Assembly: GCA_951406725.2 (NCBI GenBank)
Contig: OX597831.1
Span: 35,402,001-35,466,000 of the forward strand
Origin: Octopus vulgaris
Lineage: Eukaryota
Direction of reading: 5' to 3'
DNA length: 64,000 bases
Program-made: the position numbers and the translations under genes
In this document: positions 1-13,164 of the stretch, one piece after another
Position numbering within the stretch: the stretch's first letter is position 1
Layout: the number at the start of each line of letters is the position of its first letter
Notes under the pieces: model-generated
Told to the model about the DNA's origin: nothing
Seen by the model: only the letters and a program-made list of their open reading frames with translations
The model's database searches: none

Positions 1-3
1 TTC

Positions 4-39
4 CTTTCTGTGGAAGAGCGTAGGCTCGAAACGTTAAAG
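4..39 (+). ncRNA. Minimal type-I hammerhead ribozyme motif (family A, PLE-like repeat)
   Basis: cttt-CTGTGGA-a-gagc(gtag)gctc-GAAA-cg-TT-aaag: stem I cttt/aaag, stem II gagc/gctc, palindromic mini stem III (AACGTT). A second copy lies at 54568-54603. Confidence 0.65.
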
Positions 40-533
40 ACTTTTTCACTTCCCGAGCATTATACATCTGCTTGTTATGCATACCACCTGTCTTCATCTT
101 TTGTTTTTTTGTGAATTCTCCCTATATATATATGTGCACGTATGTAAATGTGTATGTATGTACATGTGTATATATATAGTGTGTGTGTATGTCTATTTGT
201 ATTTATATATATATATATATGCAGGTATATATGTGTGTGTGTGTGTGTGTATGTGTTCAAGCAATGAAGTGACAGAGAAGAAACTTTCCCAAGTTCCAAT
301 TGTATGCATTTCTCTTAGTATGTGTGTGTGTGACTCTGCGTATGCTTGAAACCATGCTAGAGGGAACAATTAAGTAGAAATGAAAATAAATAGGAGAGAG
401 TGGATGCCAAAGAGCAATTCCCCAAGGAAATATTTCAGTGATTGCAATCATTTCTTGTTTATTGACAGCAAATTATAGCTTTTATTTCATCATTAATTGA
501 TACTTTACAGACATTCGGTGGAATAATTAAGAA

Positions 534-652
534 ATGCCATTGCCCAAATCAATACGGTGTTTAACTGCTGTCAAATATGAAATGAAGTATGACGGTGCCA
601 ATAATATATTTCGCAGGAATATCGAAATACCGAGGGAGGTTTATTATTATAA
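534..652 (+). CDS. Possible first coding exon of CFAP221 (tentative)
   Basis: Unique non-repeat sequence with an acceptor (tactttacag at 510) and an ATG at 534 opening MPLPKSIRCLTAVKYEMKYDGANNIFRRNIEIPREVYYYK. The nearest donor (gtaacg at 653) is phase 2, which does not match the phase-1 start of exon 14051. Confidence 0.2.
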
Positions 653-888
653 GTAACGCTATCTGCTAATACGACAGCCAAGTCATCTCAAAGCATCGCC
701 CACCTCCGCCCCCTGTCAGTGCTGGTCAATGTCTTTCTCTTGTGATCTGACCCATATGTGCCAATTTCCAATAGATATGAAAGAGACACGAAGCTGGCTC
801 ATATATATCGAAGGTATTTGTGTCAAGTCAGCTGGCTTTGCAAATATATATATATACACACACATATATACATATATCTATATTTATG

Positions 889-1003
<115 letters not shown>

Positions 1004-1440
1004 CTACATATACTCTTTACTCTTTTATTTGTTTCAGTCATTTGACTGCGGCCATGCTGGAACACCACCTTTAGTCGAGCAATTCGACCCCGGGACTTAT
1101 TCTTTGTAAGCCCAGTACTTATTCTATCGGTCTCTTTTTCCGAACCGCTAAGTGACGGGGACATAAACACACCAGCATCGTTTGTCAAGCAATGCTAGGG
1201 GGACAGACACAGACACACAAACATACATGCACACACACATATATATATATATACATATATACGATGGGCTTCTTTCAGTTTCCGTCTACCAAATCCACTC
1301 ACAAGGCTTTGGTTGGCCTGAGGCTATAGTAGAAGACACTTGCCCAAGGTGCCATACATATGTGTATATATATATGTATGTATATGTATTTATATACACA
1401 TATGTATATGTGTATACATATATATGTGTGTGTATCTGTA

Positions 1441-1489
<49 letters not shown>

Positions 1490-1604
1490 ATGTATCTATA
1501 TGTATGTGTGTATATATATGTGTTTGTATATATATGTATGTATATGTATTTATATACACATATATATGTGTATACATATATATGTGTGTATGTGTATATA
1601 TATG

Positions 1605-1954
1605 TCCGTTCGTGGCCGTTTGCCAGCTCTGTCTGGCCCCGTGTCGGTGGCACGTAAAAGCACCATCCGTTCATGTCGTTGCCAGCATCGCCTGGCCCCG
1701 TGCCGGTGACACGTAAAAGCACCATCCGTTCGTGGCCGTTCGCCAGCTCTGTCTGGCACCTGTGCAGGTGGCACGTAAAAAACACCCACTACACTCGCGG
1801 AGTGGTTGGCGTTAGGAAGGGCATCCAGCCGTAGAAACACTGCCAGATCTGACTGGGCCTGACGAAGCCTTCCAGCTTCACAGACCCCAGTTGACCCGTC
1901 CAACCCATGCTAGCATGGAAAGCGGATGCTAAACGATGATGATGATGATGATGA

Positions 1955-1958
<4 letters not shown>
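1605..1958 (+). mobile_element. RTE 3'UTR-derived repeat with internal tandem duplication and (GAT)n tail (representative copy)
   Basis: tggcacgtaaaagcacc repeats, then agtggttggcgttaggaagggcatccagc...ccaacccatgctagcatgg...(gat)n. Related copies near 8105, 14325, 17005, 46715, 49270, 50720, 56525 and 57010. Confidence 0.8.
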
Positions 1959-2036
<78 letters not shown>

Positions 2037-2040
2037 GTAT

Positions 2041-2197
2041 ATACTTTATTAAAAAGCAGCAAAAATAACACAAAAACTGTTACTCAGAGTTTCATGTTCC
2101 TGTTCATTGGACAGTAAACAAAACTGTTTGACGAACAGGAACGTGAAACTCTGAGTAACAGTTTTTGTGATATTTTTGCTGCTTTTTAATAAAGCAT
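2041..2197. repeat. Fold-back repeat with a hammerhead motif in each arm (family B)
   Basis: Arms 2041-2115 and 2123-2197 are near-perfect inverted repeats. The + arm 2120-2165 reads aaaactgt-TTGACGA-aca(ggaa)cgt-GAAA-ctc(t)gag-TA-acagtttt. Confidence 0.75.
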
Positions 2198-3017
2198 ATT
2201 ACTCTACCTCTGGTATTTGAGTACTATTTTTCCACCTTGTTTCGCATTTATGTGCTTACTCTGGTACATATATGCACACACATATACACACATACATATA
2301 GATACATATACATATATATAATCAATACAAAAAGATACTGCAATGATATATTAATATATCAAGATATATTATAATATAAACACATTATAATATAAGTGGC
2401 TCACTAGCAATTAAAAACTAAAAAGGAATTAATAAACGAAAGGTGCAAAATTGAACCAGTAATTGCTAAAAATAATAGTCAAAATTTACTCTGAAAGCCA
2501 CAAAAAATACTAACCTCATTATATTTACACATACACAGACACACATATTTAATTATTAAAGAGGACAACAAATGCTAAGGCAAGTCAAACATCTCAAGTA
2601 ATATGCGTTATTATTATTGGAAAGATTTTTTCCAATAATAATAATGTATATGACTTAAGATGTTTGTCTTACGTTAGTGTTTGTTATCCTCTTTAACAAT
2701 TATATACCCGCTATGTCGGAAATCTAAAATGGTTCCACAACTCCCATCTTGGTTATGAGCTTGGAGCCCTGGTAATCAGTTACAGTTCTTACCCAGCATA
2801 CCTAGTTGTTTAGATCACCTGTGAACTAAACCCCCATATATTGTGTATATATTTATAAGCAAAAAGCAAATACTAGTAACAAAGAATGTCATTCATAGCC
2901 CAGGGATACGTTTTCACGTGTACTGTCTATAAAGAGATATTTCTCCTGGAAATTGTGTCCGCAAGTAAAAGGTCTACCCATTTCTGAGTTTACATGAATG
3001 TGTTAAAGATGATTGTA

Positions 3018-3212
3018 GGCGCAGGAGTGACTGTGTGGTAAGTAGCTATAGGAGCAGGAGTGGCTGTGTAATAAGTAGCTTGCTTACCAACCACATGGTT
3101 CTGGGTTCAGTCCCACTGCGTGGCACCTTGGGCATGTATCTTCTACTATAGCCTCGGGCCAATCAAACCCTTGTGAATGGATTTGATAGATGGAAACTGG
3201 AAGAAGCCCTTC

Positions 3213-3259
<47 letters not shown>

Positions 3260-3523
3260 TGGAAACTGGAAGAAGCACGTCGTATATATGTATATGTATA
3301 TATGTGTGTGTGTTTGTGTGTCTGTGTTTGTCCCCCCCAACATCGCTTGACAACCAGTGCTGGTGTGTTTTACGTCCCCGTAACTTAGTGGTTTGGTAAA
3401 AGAGACCGATAGAATAAGTACTAGGCATACAAAGAATAAGTCCTGGGATCGATTTGCTCGACTAAAGGTGGTGCTCCAGCATGGCCACAATCAAATGAAC
3501 AAAACAAGTAAAAGAGTAAAGAG
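3018..3523 (+). mobile_element. tRNA-derived SINE family S1 with central (TA)n (representative copy)
   Basis: tggctgtgtggtaag A box, gggttcagtccc B box, and 3' end gactgaaacaagtaaaagag. Other copies near 1013-1352(-), 16557-16973(-), 20202-20600(+), 25136-25365(+), 35415-35812(-), 40010-40470(-), 43385-43818(-), 45520-45850(-), 47323-47760(+) and 48650-49012(-). Confidence 0.88.
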
Positions 3524-5219
3524 TACACACACACACGTGTAAATGCTGTTATATTCCTTTTTGTTTTTACATTGTAATCATAGTAAATAGATCCCTGTCA
3601 ATTTTGATAAATATTTCAGTTATTTCATCAACTGAAATCCTTATACATTGAATTTTCATGTAAATGTCTGAGTATTCTTGTATTCTTAATTCAGTTCTCA
3701 AGCAGAATCGATGTGACCCAGTATATGACAAAGCTGAATCATAACAATGCCGGCCTAATCTATAAATAAGAAGGAGCGAGCTGGTGAAAGAGAGATAGAG
3801 AGAGAGGGGAGGGGGAGAAACTCTTAATCTTCTTTATGTTCCTTTATTACACCTGTCAGTTTCCCTTTTCTTCTACTTCAATTACTTTTTTGCACCTACT
3901 GTTATTCCGTAGTAGTTCTCTATTTTTATCAAACCCTGCTCCCTGTGTGCAATGTAAATATATCTTATCTGCATCAGCTTTATGGTAATGAGATCAGACC
4001 GCTGTGAGTAGGTCTTCAATTTTCTCGTCTAAGGTCTTCACTTCATTTAACTTCTAATTTATTATATAGAAGATGTGGTTTATGATTGAAATGGCTAATG
4101 TATTTATAACTATTATCTTATTCCTGGCATTAAGTTTAGTTTTAATATTAGTCTGGTAGTTTTGTAACCAGTTTTTCTTTTTTCATTTTTCATCTTTATA
4201 ATTTTCTCCTTTATTTCATTTCTATGTCTTTTATCTTATCAGTTTCATCTTTTCCAGACTATTTGTATGAATGTATTCTTTTTTTTTTTAGTTCTGAACC
4301 TCTGATTTCATTGTCTCAATCTAACTTAAAGTTTTCAGTTTTAATTAATTCAATTCTTCTTGCATCAGCGCCAGTACATTTGATTAACTTTATATTCACT
4401 TATTGGTTTGTGCATGGTTGGGGTGGGGTTGTTGGGGAGGCATGGCTGCGTGGTTAAGATGTTTGCTTCCTGACCACATGGTCTCAGTTTCAGTCACACT
4501 GTGTGACACCTCAGGCAAGTGAGGCTTGGGCCAACAAAAGACCTTGTGAGTGGAATTGGAGATAAAATCTGAAAGAAGTGCATTGCATGTAGCCTAGTTA
4601 TGAGAGTATTGCACTCATGATCACCAGATCATCATGGGTTCAATTCCTGGATTGGGTGGCATGTTGCATTCTTGAACAAAACACTTCGTTTCTTGTTGCT
4701 CCAGTTCACTCAGCTGTAAACGGGTACACCCTGTGATGAAATAGCCTTTCAATCAGGGGGAGAATGTTGGCATGCTTGCCTAGCCAATGGGGATGGCATC
4801 ATTTGAAAGCTAAAACAATGCAAAGCTCATTGCAACCAGCCACTCCTGCAACTATGTATATAAATATATATGTATATATATATAAATATATATGTATGTA
4901 TATATATATATATATATATATATACAAATTGAGATAGGGGTTGTAAATGCAACCCTCCATGGGATAACATATATCCAATATACTGCTAGTGAAGTATCCA
5001 ACAAAGTTAATACATAAATGTTAAGGATTGCGATGCAATCAATTCATTTACTGTATTATATGGGCAAAGGTAATTTAGTATTTGGATTGTTTTGTTTGTA
5101 TGGAGTATCTAAGGTGTCCACAAATGTGGTACACTGTCAAGCACTTTAGGCAGTCGCTCTATGTTGTAAATTAATAACTTAGAAATTTTCAGTTGTGTTC
5201 CTCATATTCATATACTGGA

Positions 5220-5560
5220 GATATGAGCCATGAGAAAAGGAGCACCTTTGATAAACAGATGCATGAAACATGTCATGAGTATAAGGAAAACAATACTGCA
5301 GATACAAACAGAAGTGGAAATTATATAACTTATCCCATTTTTACTGGAGGAAAAATATTTCAGAGGAACTTCTTCACTCCACTCCTGGCAATGACACTAA
5401 TAACTAGCATTTCAAACCAAACTGTAAGTGGATATTATTAGAGGACGGTCAGCTATCTTCTATACATAAACAACTAGAAACACAGCCACAGACAGTGCAT
5501 GGAGTTATGAGAGGAATTGATATGATACTTGGATTAGAAAAAATGCTTGAGCAGCCTTGA
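5220..5560 (+). mobile_element. R4/Dong RT fragment in opposite orientation
   Basis: KIFQRNFFTPLLAMTLITSISNQTVSGY and KQLETQPQTVHGVMRGIDMILGLEKC, the same RT region as 6900-7150 on the minus strand. Confidence 0.6.
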
Positions 5561-5589
5561 AGAGAAGAAAATTAAGAACACTAATGTCA

Positions 5590-7760
5590 TGATTTTTCTT
5601 TTTTACCCATTTTTTTTGCAATCTACAATTACTGCTCGGTTTAATGATAGGCATTCTTTACAACTATGGTTTCCTTTCTGACATTTCTTCGGTTCCGCTA
5701 ATAGGATGCAGTTTCTTTCAAGGCTATTAGCAAGCTTCTCAGAATGTATAATTGTTAGGCCAGTCTGCTAATAAAATATTAATATTCGATATAGATGAAT
5801 AGTAGCTTGTTAAAATACATAAATGCCTTCTCTGCTTAAATGTTATTATTTTCCAGATGAATCATTAACTTTTAAGAATGTAATAGATTCTAATCTTCAT
5901 CCCTCATAAGTTATTATTATTCTCCAGTTGAACAGTAGCTAGACAGATGTCTGAACTTTTGGTTATTACCTATTTTTTGTTTTGACTTTGTATAGTGTTG
6001 TCACTATTCTTCTATGTTTATCGTTTATTGCATCTGTCTTCTTATTTTAAAGATATATTGTTGTCAATAAAACTAATACAGCTGCAAGACATTTGACCTG
6101 ATTGTTATTGATAACATTTCTTGATGATTTGTTTTAACCCCCTCCCATCCCATATTACTCTGATATACTTTGAGGAAAAAGAATTTAATGGCTTTGAGAT
6201 ATATAACATAACTGCTTTTCTTTATACATTTTACCCAGTTCAGTTTTTCCAGGTATTGACCATGTAGGGACATTTTTGATATTGTTTTAGCATGAATTTA
6301 GTAGTGCCATTTTTAGCTTCTGTTGGTGTTTTCTTTTCTTCTAACAACTGTCTGTAATTTCAGCTTCTGTTATATATTTGTTGATGGCTTTGAAGACAGA
6401 AACCAGTTTTGATTTGTATCCATTTCTCTCAGGTTTCCAATGTTCTTTACTCAATATTTTTGTTGTCTTGTGATGAACGTCTTATTATAGTTTTCAAGTT
6501 TCAAAGATCTCCCCATATTTATGATAAATATAATCTATGTAGGATTATGGTTGGTGTATTCTAAATGCAGTCATCACATTTCTTGTTTCTCTGTCTAGTC
6601 TTGCTGATTCATTTACCATCTCCCAAGCTGAGAATATGGCTATAGATTATTACTGGGATAGCTAAAGTATAGAGGCCTATTACCTTATTCATTACATTTA
6701 ACACTGTATTAAGTCTTAATCTAATGCATCCATAATATTCTTGCCTGGTCTTCATTGTATTGTGTATATTATATTCTGATTACTGTATTGATTCCTAAAT
6801 ATTTGTATGTCTGTTTTTCATTTAATTATTTTGTCTCTCTTTATCTTATATAACATTAGTGTTCTTAATAAATTTCCTTTTCCTGAAGGTTACTTTTCCA
6901 CATTTTTTATACCCCAGACACCATATCAATTCTTCTAGTAACTCCATGTACTGTGCCTGGCAGTGTTTCTACTTGTTTATTACCTGCTGCATACTGTTTG
7001 ATATTGTCTGTATAGAGGTGACAGGTGATTATCCACTTATAATATTTGTATCTGATTCCAGTCTGGTTTAAAATGTTGGTTAGAGGTGTTAATGAATAGA
7101 AAAAGAGTATTAGCGCTCTTGAACTATTCCTCATCTAGTAAAAATGGGATTAGCTTCATATTTCCTTCTGTCCTTCCCTACAGAATTGTTTGCCATATAT
7201 TCATGACCATAAGAACTCCCTATCTCATGGCTAACATTTCCAGAATTTACATTATATATATATATATATATATTTATAATCTTTTTTTTGCAGTATTTTG
7301 GTTATGGCTCTGCTGATCAGTTATTGCTTTACACCTTTATGAGCCTTTCCGACATCCTTTCTCTTACAATGGAAATAACATTTCTTTTCCCAGGTGTTTA
7401 ATCATCTGCAATATTATTGAAATTAAGTATGTATAAGAGCATAAAAGTAGGTTATGGGCCTGCAGCTTTTAGAGTTCCCTATTTCTGTAATTTAGGTAAC
7501 TCAGATGTTTTTCTTCTCACTGAGTCTTTTGCGTGTTGCTTGCATTTCTTGCAATATATTATTGTGTACTTTAGCCAGTTCATTGTGTATTTGAAATACT
7601 AAAATCTCTGACCAGAAACTTTTGATTCTATAATTTCCTGGAGTCTTCCAGTTGCTTGATTTTTGTAGTATCTGACTTGTTGAATTGATATGGCCTTCCA
7701 TCATTGCTGTTTTGAATAATCTCATCTGTTGTGATTTGTTCCTTGTTCATAGTTCACCCC
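5590..7760 (-). mobile_element. Decayed R4/Dong-clade non-LTR retrotransposon
   Basis: Minus-strand fragments NWKTPG...FW, RPIT, PLTNILNQTG..Y...CHLYTDNIKQYA...TVHGVTRRIDM, NKVIGLYTLAIPVIIYS and LHGQY occur in R4 order. Confidence 0.75.
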
Positions 7761-7856
7761 CAGAATTATTTTACTTCCCCTGCTGCTGGTGCTTCATATC
7801 ATTTCCATGCCCTAGCATGGCCACAATCAAATGACTGAAACAAGTAAAAGAATAAA

Positions 7857-7897
<41 letters not shown>

Positions 7898-8262
7898 GGA
7901 TTTTATCCCTAATTTTGTGGTTTCGGAACCTAGCTGTTCATTTCTAGCATGATGAATCTCATGAGTGGATCCCTCTTAAGTGTTTAAACGTACAGTGTAT
8001 TTTATGAGTAATACATAGTCTTTGGACTAAATTTTTACATGCTAGGCAAATGGAAGTGAAAATTTCTATTAATTTCCATTTCCCTTCGATATGATTAAGT
8101 ATATCATCATCATCATCATCATCGTTTAACGTCCGTTCTCCATGCTAGCATGGGTTGGACGGTTTGACCGGGGATCTGAGAAGCCAGAAGGCTGCACCAG
8201 GCTCCAGTCTTATCTGGCAATGTTTCTACAGCTGGATGCCCTTCCTAACGCCATGCTCTTCC

Positions 8263-8295
<33 letters not shown>

Positions 8296-8557
8296 GTATA
8301 CAATGGGCTTCTTTCAGTCACTGTCTACCAAATCAACTCACAAGTCTTTGATTGGCCCGAAGCCATAGTAAAAGACACTTGCCCAAGGTGTCACACAGTG
8401 GGACTGAACCCAGAACTATGTGAAGCTTTTTACCATACAGCTACACCTGCACCTCTGTATAATTTGAATCTTCTACCACCATCCTTCTTCCGTTATTCTC
8501 TTCACTGTTTTTAAGTAAACCCTTTACATAAATTGTAACCTATCCTTGTAATGTCCC

Positions 8558-8609
<52 letters not shown>

Positions 8610-9296
8610 TATTATTATTATCATTATTATTATTATTATTATTATTATATTTATATACTCATTTATTCTTTTATTTGTTGTGTTGTTAATTTAGCAACCT
8701 TCAGATTGTGTCTACTTGAGAAATTCCAATAAATTTTGTGTCAACAGAGTGTTATGCCATTGTTGACTTTGAAGAAATATTTAATGCCACCACCATCATC
8801 ATCATCTTCATCATCATCATTGTCATCGTCAACATTGTCATCATCATCATCGTCGTCATCGTCATCATTATCACCACCACCAACACCACCACCACCACCA
8901 CCACCACCACCATCGTCACTACAACCACTGCCATGACCACCACCCATAACTAATATTACATTCACCACTGCGACCACTATAACCACCACCACCACCACCA
9001 CTGTAATATCAGCAATATCCTTTCCAGAATGTTCAGTTATGAAGCACTTGTAAAAATGGTTAGAAAAGTGAGCAAACAATTAAATTTGGAGAGTGTTTAA
9101 AAGAAGGGTAGAGTGTAAAAAAACATAAACAAACATTATGATTGTTGTTGTTGTTGTTGTTGTTGTTGTTTCCGTTATACTTTAACACCAGGAATGTCTC
9201 CTGTCACTTCAGAAGAAATTTTCAAAATAAACATGAACATTAAGATTTGTACACATATACACACACACCACACGCACACACACACGCACACGCACG

Positions 9297-9328
<32 letters not shown>

Positions 9329-10159
9329 CACACGCACACACATGCACACACACACACAAACCACAGATACACAGAAACACACATCCATGCGCACACACAC
9401 ACGTGTGCACACAGAAACACACATGTACACAGAAACACACACACACACACACACACACAAGCACACACACAGAAGCACACATACACACACGCACACACAC
9501 ACACACAGCTATTCATGCACGTAAACCTATCTATGGCCATATATATATATATATGCCTATAGGTGATTTTTTTTGTATTACATCATATTAAAAATCATAC
9601 TATATCTTACATATTACACTATATTATATATTATATCACGTATACATTATATTACATTATATCATATCATATTATATTATATTATATTACATATGGCATT
9701 ATTATGTTTACTGAGATGTTGTTATCTTGAAGTGCTTATATTTGTGTTGTTAATATTTTTAAACTTCAGTATGGCAGAGAAGGCAAACATCCCACCTACA
9801 GAACCATATACACCAAAAACATATAGCATTATGTGTTTTTTATCTATTTAACTATCTATAAATGTATGATTTTACACATGTGTGCACATCACACACATGT
9901 GTGCACATCACACACACACAGGCACACACATACATTATATGTAATATACACATTATGTGTGTATATATATATATATATATATAATCATAAAACTTATGAT
10001 GATATATATGCATGTATGTGTGTGTGTATATACATACATATGTTTGTGTGTATATATATATATATGTATATAGGTAGTTATATAGATATAACATATTAAT
10101 ATGGTGATATATATGGTGAATAGATAGAAAAAATATATCCATGCTCTCTCTCTCTTTCA

Positions 10160-10239
<80 letters not shown>

Positions 10240-11499
10240 TCACACATGTTTGTATGTTATGTGTGTGTGTGTGTGTGTGTGTGTGCATGTTTGTGTGTGT
10301 GTATATATATACACACACACACAATATGCATACAAACATACATACATGTATGTGTATGTATTGAGAAATATATACATGGGTATACAGTAAGTAGGGCAGT
10401 TTGTTTAAATATTGTAGGAAAGGTTTGAATATGGTTTATGAAATGGGAAATGGGAAAAAAATAGAGGAAGAAAGAGAAAAAGAAGGAATAGAAGTGTAAA
10501 ATTGGGAGTCATACAGAGAGAGAGAGAGAGGAAGAGAGAGAGAGAGAGAGGGAAAGAAAGGCATAAAGAGATAAAGAAAAGAAAAAACATTTGAGAGAGG
10601 AAAAAACTGCTTGCCTACCTATTTACCTATTAATCTGCCTACCCAACTGTCTGATCTACCTATCTACCTACCCAACTACCTGCCTGCCTACCCACCTACA
10701 TACCTACTTACCTACCTAGCTACCTACTTACCTACCTACCTACCTGCCTACCTATCTGCCTACCTACGTGGATACATACATGCATGCATGCATGCATGCA
10801 TACATACATACATACATACATACATTCATACATACATACATACATACATACATACATACATACATACATACATACATACATACATACATACCTGCATACC
10901 TGCATGCCTACCTACAATACCTATCTACTCAGCTACCTACCTATGTATCTACTTACCTACCTACCTACCTACCTTCCTTCCTTCATGGCTACCTACCTAC
11001 TAGCACACATACATGCATGCACACATCATCTGTTACTTCCATTGCAATGAGACAGCTACACAGTTACCTCTACTCTTCCTTAACAAAGGGCATATGCTCA
11101 AAGCATTGGTACATTTCTCTTTTGCTCACAGTAAAATATATTGACTTAACGTTTATTAATACTTGCTCAATACCCATCACTACACTGCTGGATAAAAATA
11201 TTTCTAAATCATTCGTACCTTCATTAATTGTGTGAATAATGTTTACACTGACTTTCTTGGTAAACATTAGGAACAGTTTGAATACTGTTCTATATTTAAG
11301 AGATAAGGAATTATGTACATTATTTACATCATTTACAATTGACGGATATTTGTCCTCATCTTGTTTGTTATTAACACAATGTTTTGGCTGATATACCCGC
11401 CAACCTTCATCAGGTGTCTTGGAGAAATTTCGAACCGGAGTTCTCATTCCTAAGGTACTTTTTGATGTTGTTGTTGCTATTATTATTATTTTTATTATT

Positions 11500-11531
<32 letters not shown>

Positions 11532-12454
11532 TATTATTATTCAGGTAACTGCTTGGAATCAAACTCGGAATCTTGGGGTTAGTAGCATATGTGAACTCAA
11601 TAAAGCTATCCATACAGTTCACAATGGAAAAAGAAAAGACAATCAGCTAGCATTCCTGGGCATATTAATAACATGCAGTGTATGGATTTAGGACATCCGT
11701 ATGCCGCAAGCTGACCTTCACTGGATGATACCTCAACTTCAACTCCCACTATCCATACAGTGTAAAGAGAGGGATTGCTCATCTGCCTAAAACATCGAGC
11801 AATGAATATAAGTAGTGATTGTGATACCAACCATGAAAAAATGATCAAGCTCAGTAACAATCTATTAAGCAATAACTACCCCAAAAGCATACTCTCCACT
11901 CCAATTAGGAAGAAAAGAGAGGATAAAACTGATAAACTGTCCACAGTCTGTCTACCCTATGTGAAAGGCTTCTCCGAAAAGATACAAAAGATATGCGGCC
12001 CATATGACATCAGGACAGTATTCAAGAGTAATACAACACTTCGCAAATATCTCCTTTGGGTAAAACCACCAATGGAAGAGAATATGACCAAAGACTGTAT
12101 GTACTCCATCTCGTGTAGCTGTGGTAGGTTATACAAAGGCGAAACATGCCACCTCCTCAAAATAAGGGTAGAGGAACATTGCAAAGCTGTGACATGGGGA
12201 GATATTGATAAATCGGGTATAGCTGATTATGTATGGAAAAATGGAGACCACCTCCCCCTGTGGGATGAAGTTAAAATAATAGACAGAAAACACCACTGGA
12301 AAATATGAAAACTAAAAGAAGCAGTATATATGCTAGGACACAACAACCTCCTAAGCAGACCGAGTGTAGATATGAACAGTATATGGGAACCGATATTAAG
12401 GATAGGAGAATATTAAATTTATAAGCCCTAAAATTCACTCCATAATTGCCCACA

Positions 12455-12526
12455 GGTATATGGCTTAGTGGTTAAGAGTGCGGGCTTCTAACCCCAAGAT
12501 TCCGAGTTCGATTCCAGGCAGTGACC
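12455..12526 (+). pseudogene. tRNA-derived sequence (Pol III A/B boxes) directly 3' of the PLE ORF
   Basis: tggcttagtggttaag (A box), anticodon-like arm gggc-ttctaa-ccc, gagttcgattcc (B box). The acceptor stem does not pair well, so this is not a functional tRNA. Confidence 0.65.
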
Positions 12527-12564
12527 TGAATAATAAAAATAAAAATAATAATAATAATAATAAT

Positions 12565-13115
12565 GCCCTGATGCAGTACCAGGCAGTGGCTCTCATGGTT
12601 TCTGATCTTAACTGATTGGAAGTGTTATCATATACATTCTTTTGTCTTGGTATAAAAGATGGGCTACAGCAAATATTCTGTTCAATACCACAGATTTGCT
12701 TGTCAGTTGTTTGACCTCAACCAGTTGACCACGTCCCTTAGCTGATGATATGTACATCTCTGATCACGAGCAGAAGTAGTGGGGGAGCATCATAGTCATG
12801 TGTTGAGAGGGATTCTTTGGGGTTTGAATAATTCACCTCTGGAAACATGGGTGTTTCGTTCAACATCCTTAAACAACCCTTATTCAGGGACCTTTTGAGC
12901 GGGATGGGTTACTCGACCAGAAGAAAGTTTTAACTGAGCCCCACCTGCAAGGTCATGTGCTGTTTATCTTGATATGAGATTACCATGTCGTGCACATATG
13001 GTTGTGATGCATGTGCCTAGTGTACCCTTATCAGATGGTTAGTCATGATGGGTATACTAGGCTTTGTATATTTTACTCCAGTGTCACTTTGATGGCATGC
13101 ACTGCTCTCTCACTC
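12565..13115. mobile_element. Unclassified ~550-bp interspersed element inserted in a (TAA)n tract
   Basis: Complex sequence with sharp boundaries and (TAA)n on both sides. It splits the family C head (12455-12526) from its tail (13205-13266). Confidence 0.55.

Positions 13116-13164
<49 letters not shown>

Noticed and set aside
5193-5423. Apparent exon (ttttcag ... GTAAGT, open frame)
   Set aside because: The peptide matches decayed R4 RT motifs, and its phase does not fit the next CFAP221 exon.
9770-9851. Possible start exon MAEKANIPPTEPYTPKTYS after an AG
   Set aside because: No convincing donor in the required phase and no recognisable CFAP221 similarity.
12455-12526. Functional tRNA-Arg(TCT) gene
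   Set aside because: The acceptor stem pairs poorly, the anticodon differs in the 34866 copy, and it is embedded in a repeat. Treated as a tRNA-derived head.
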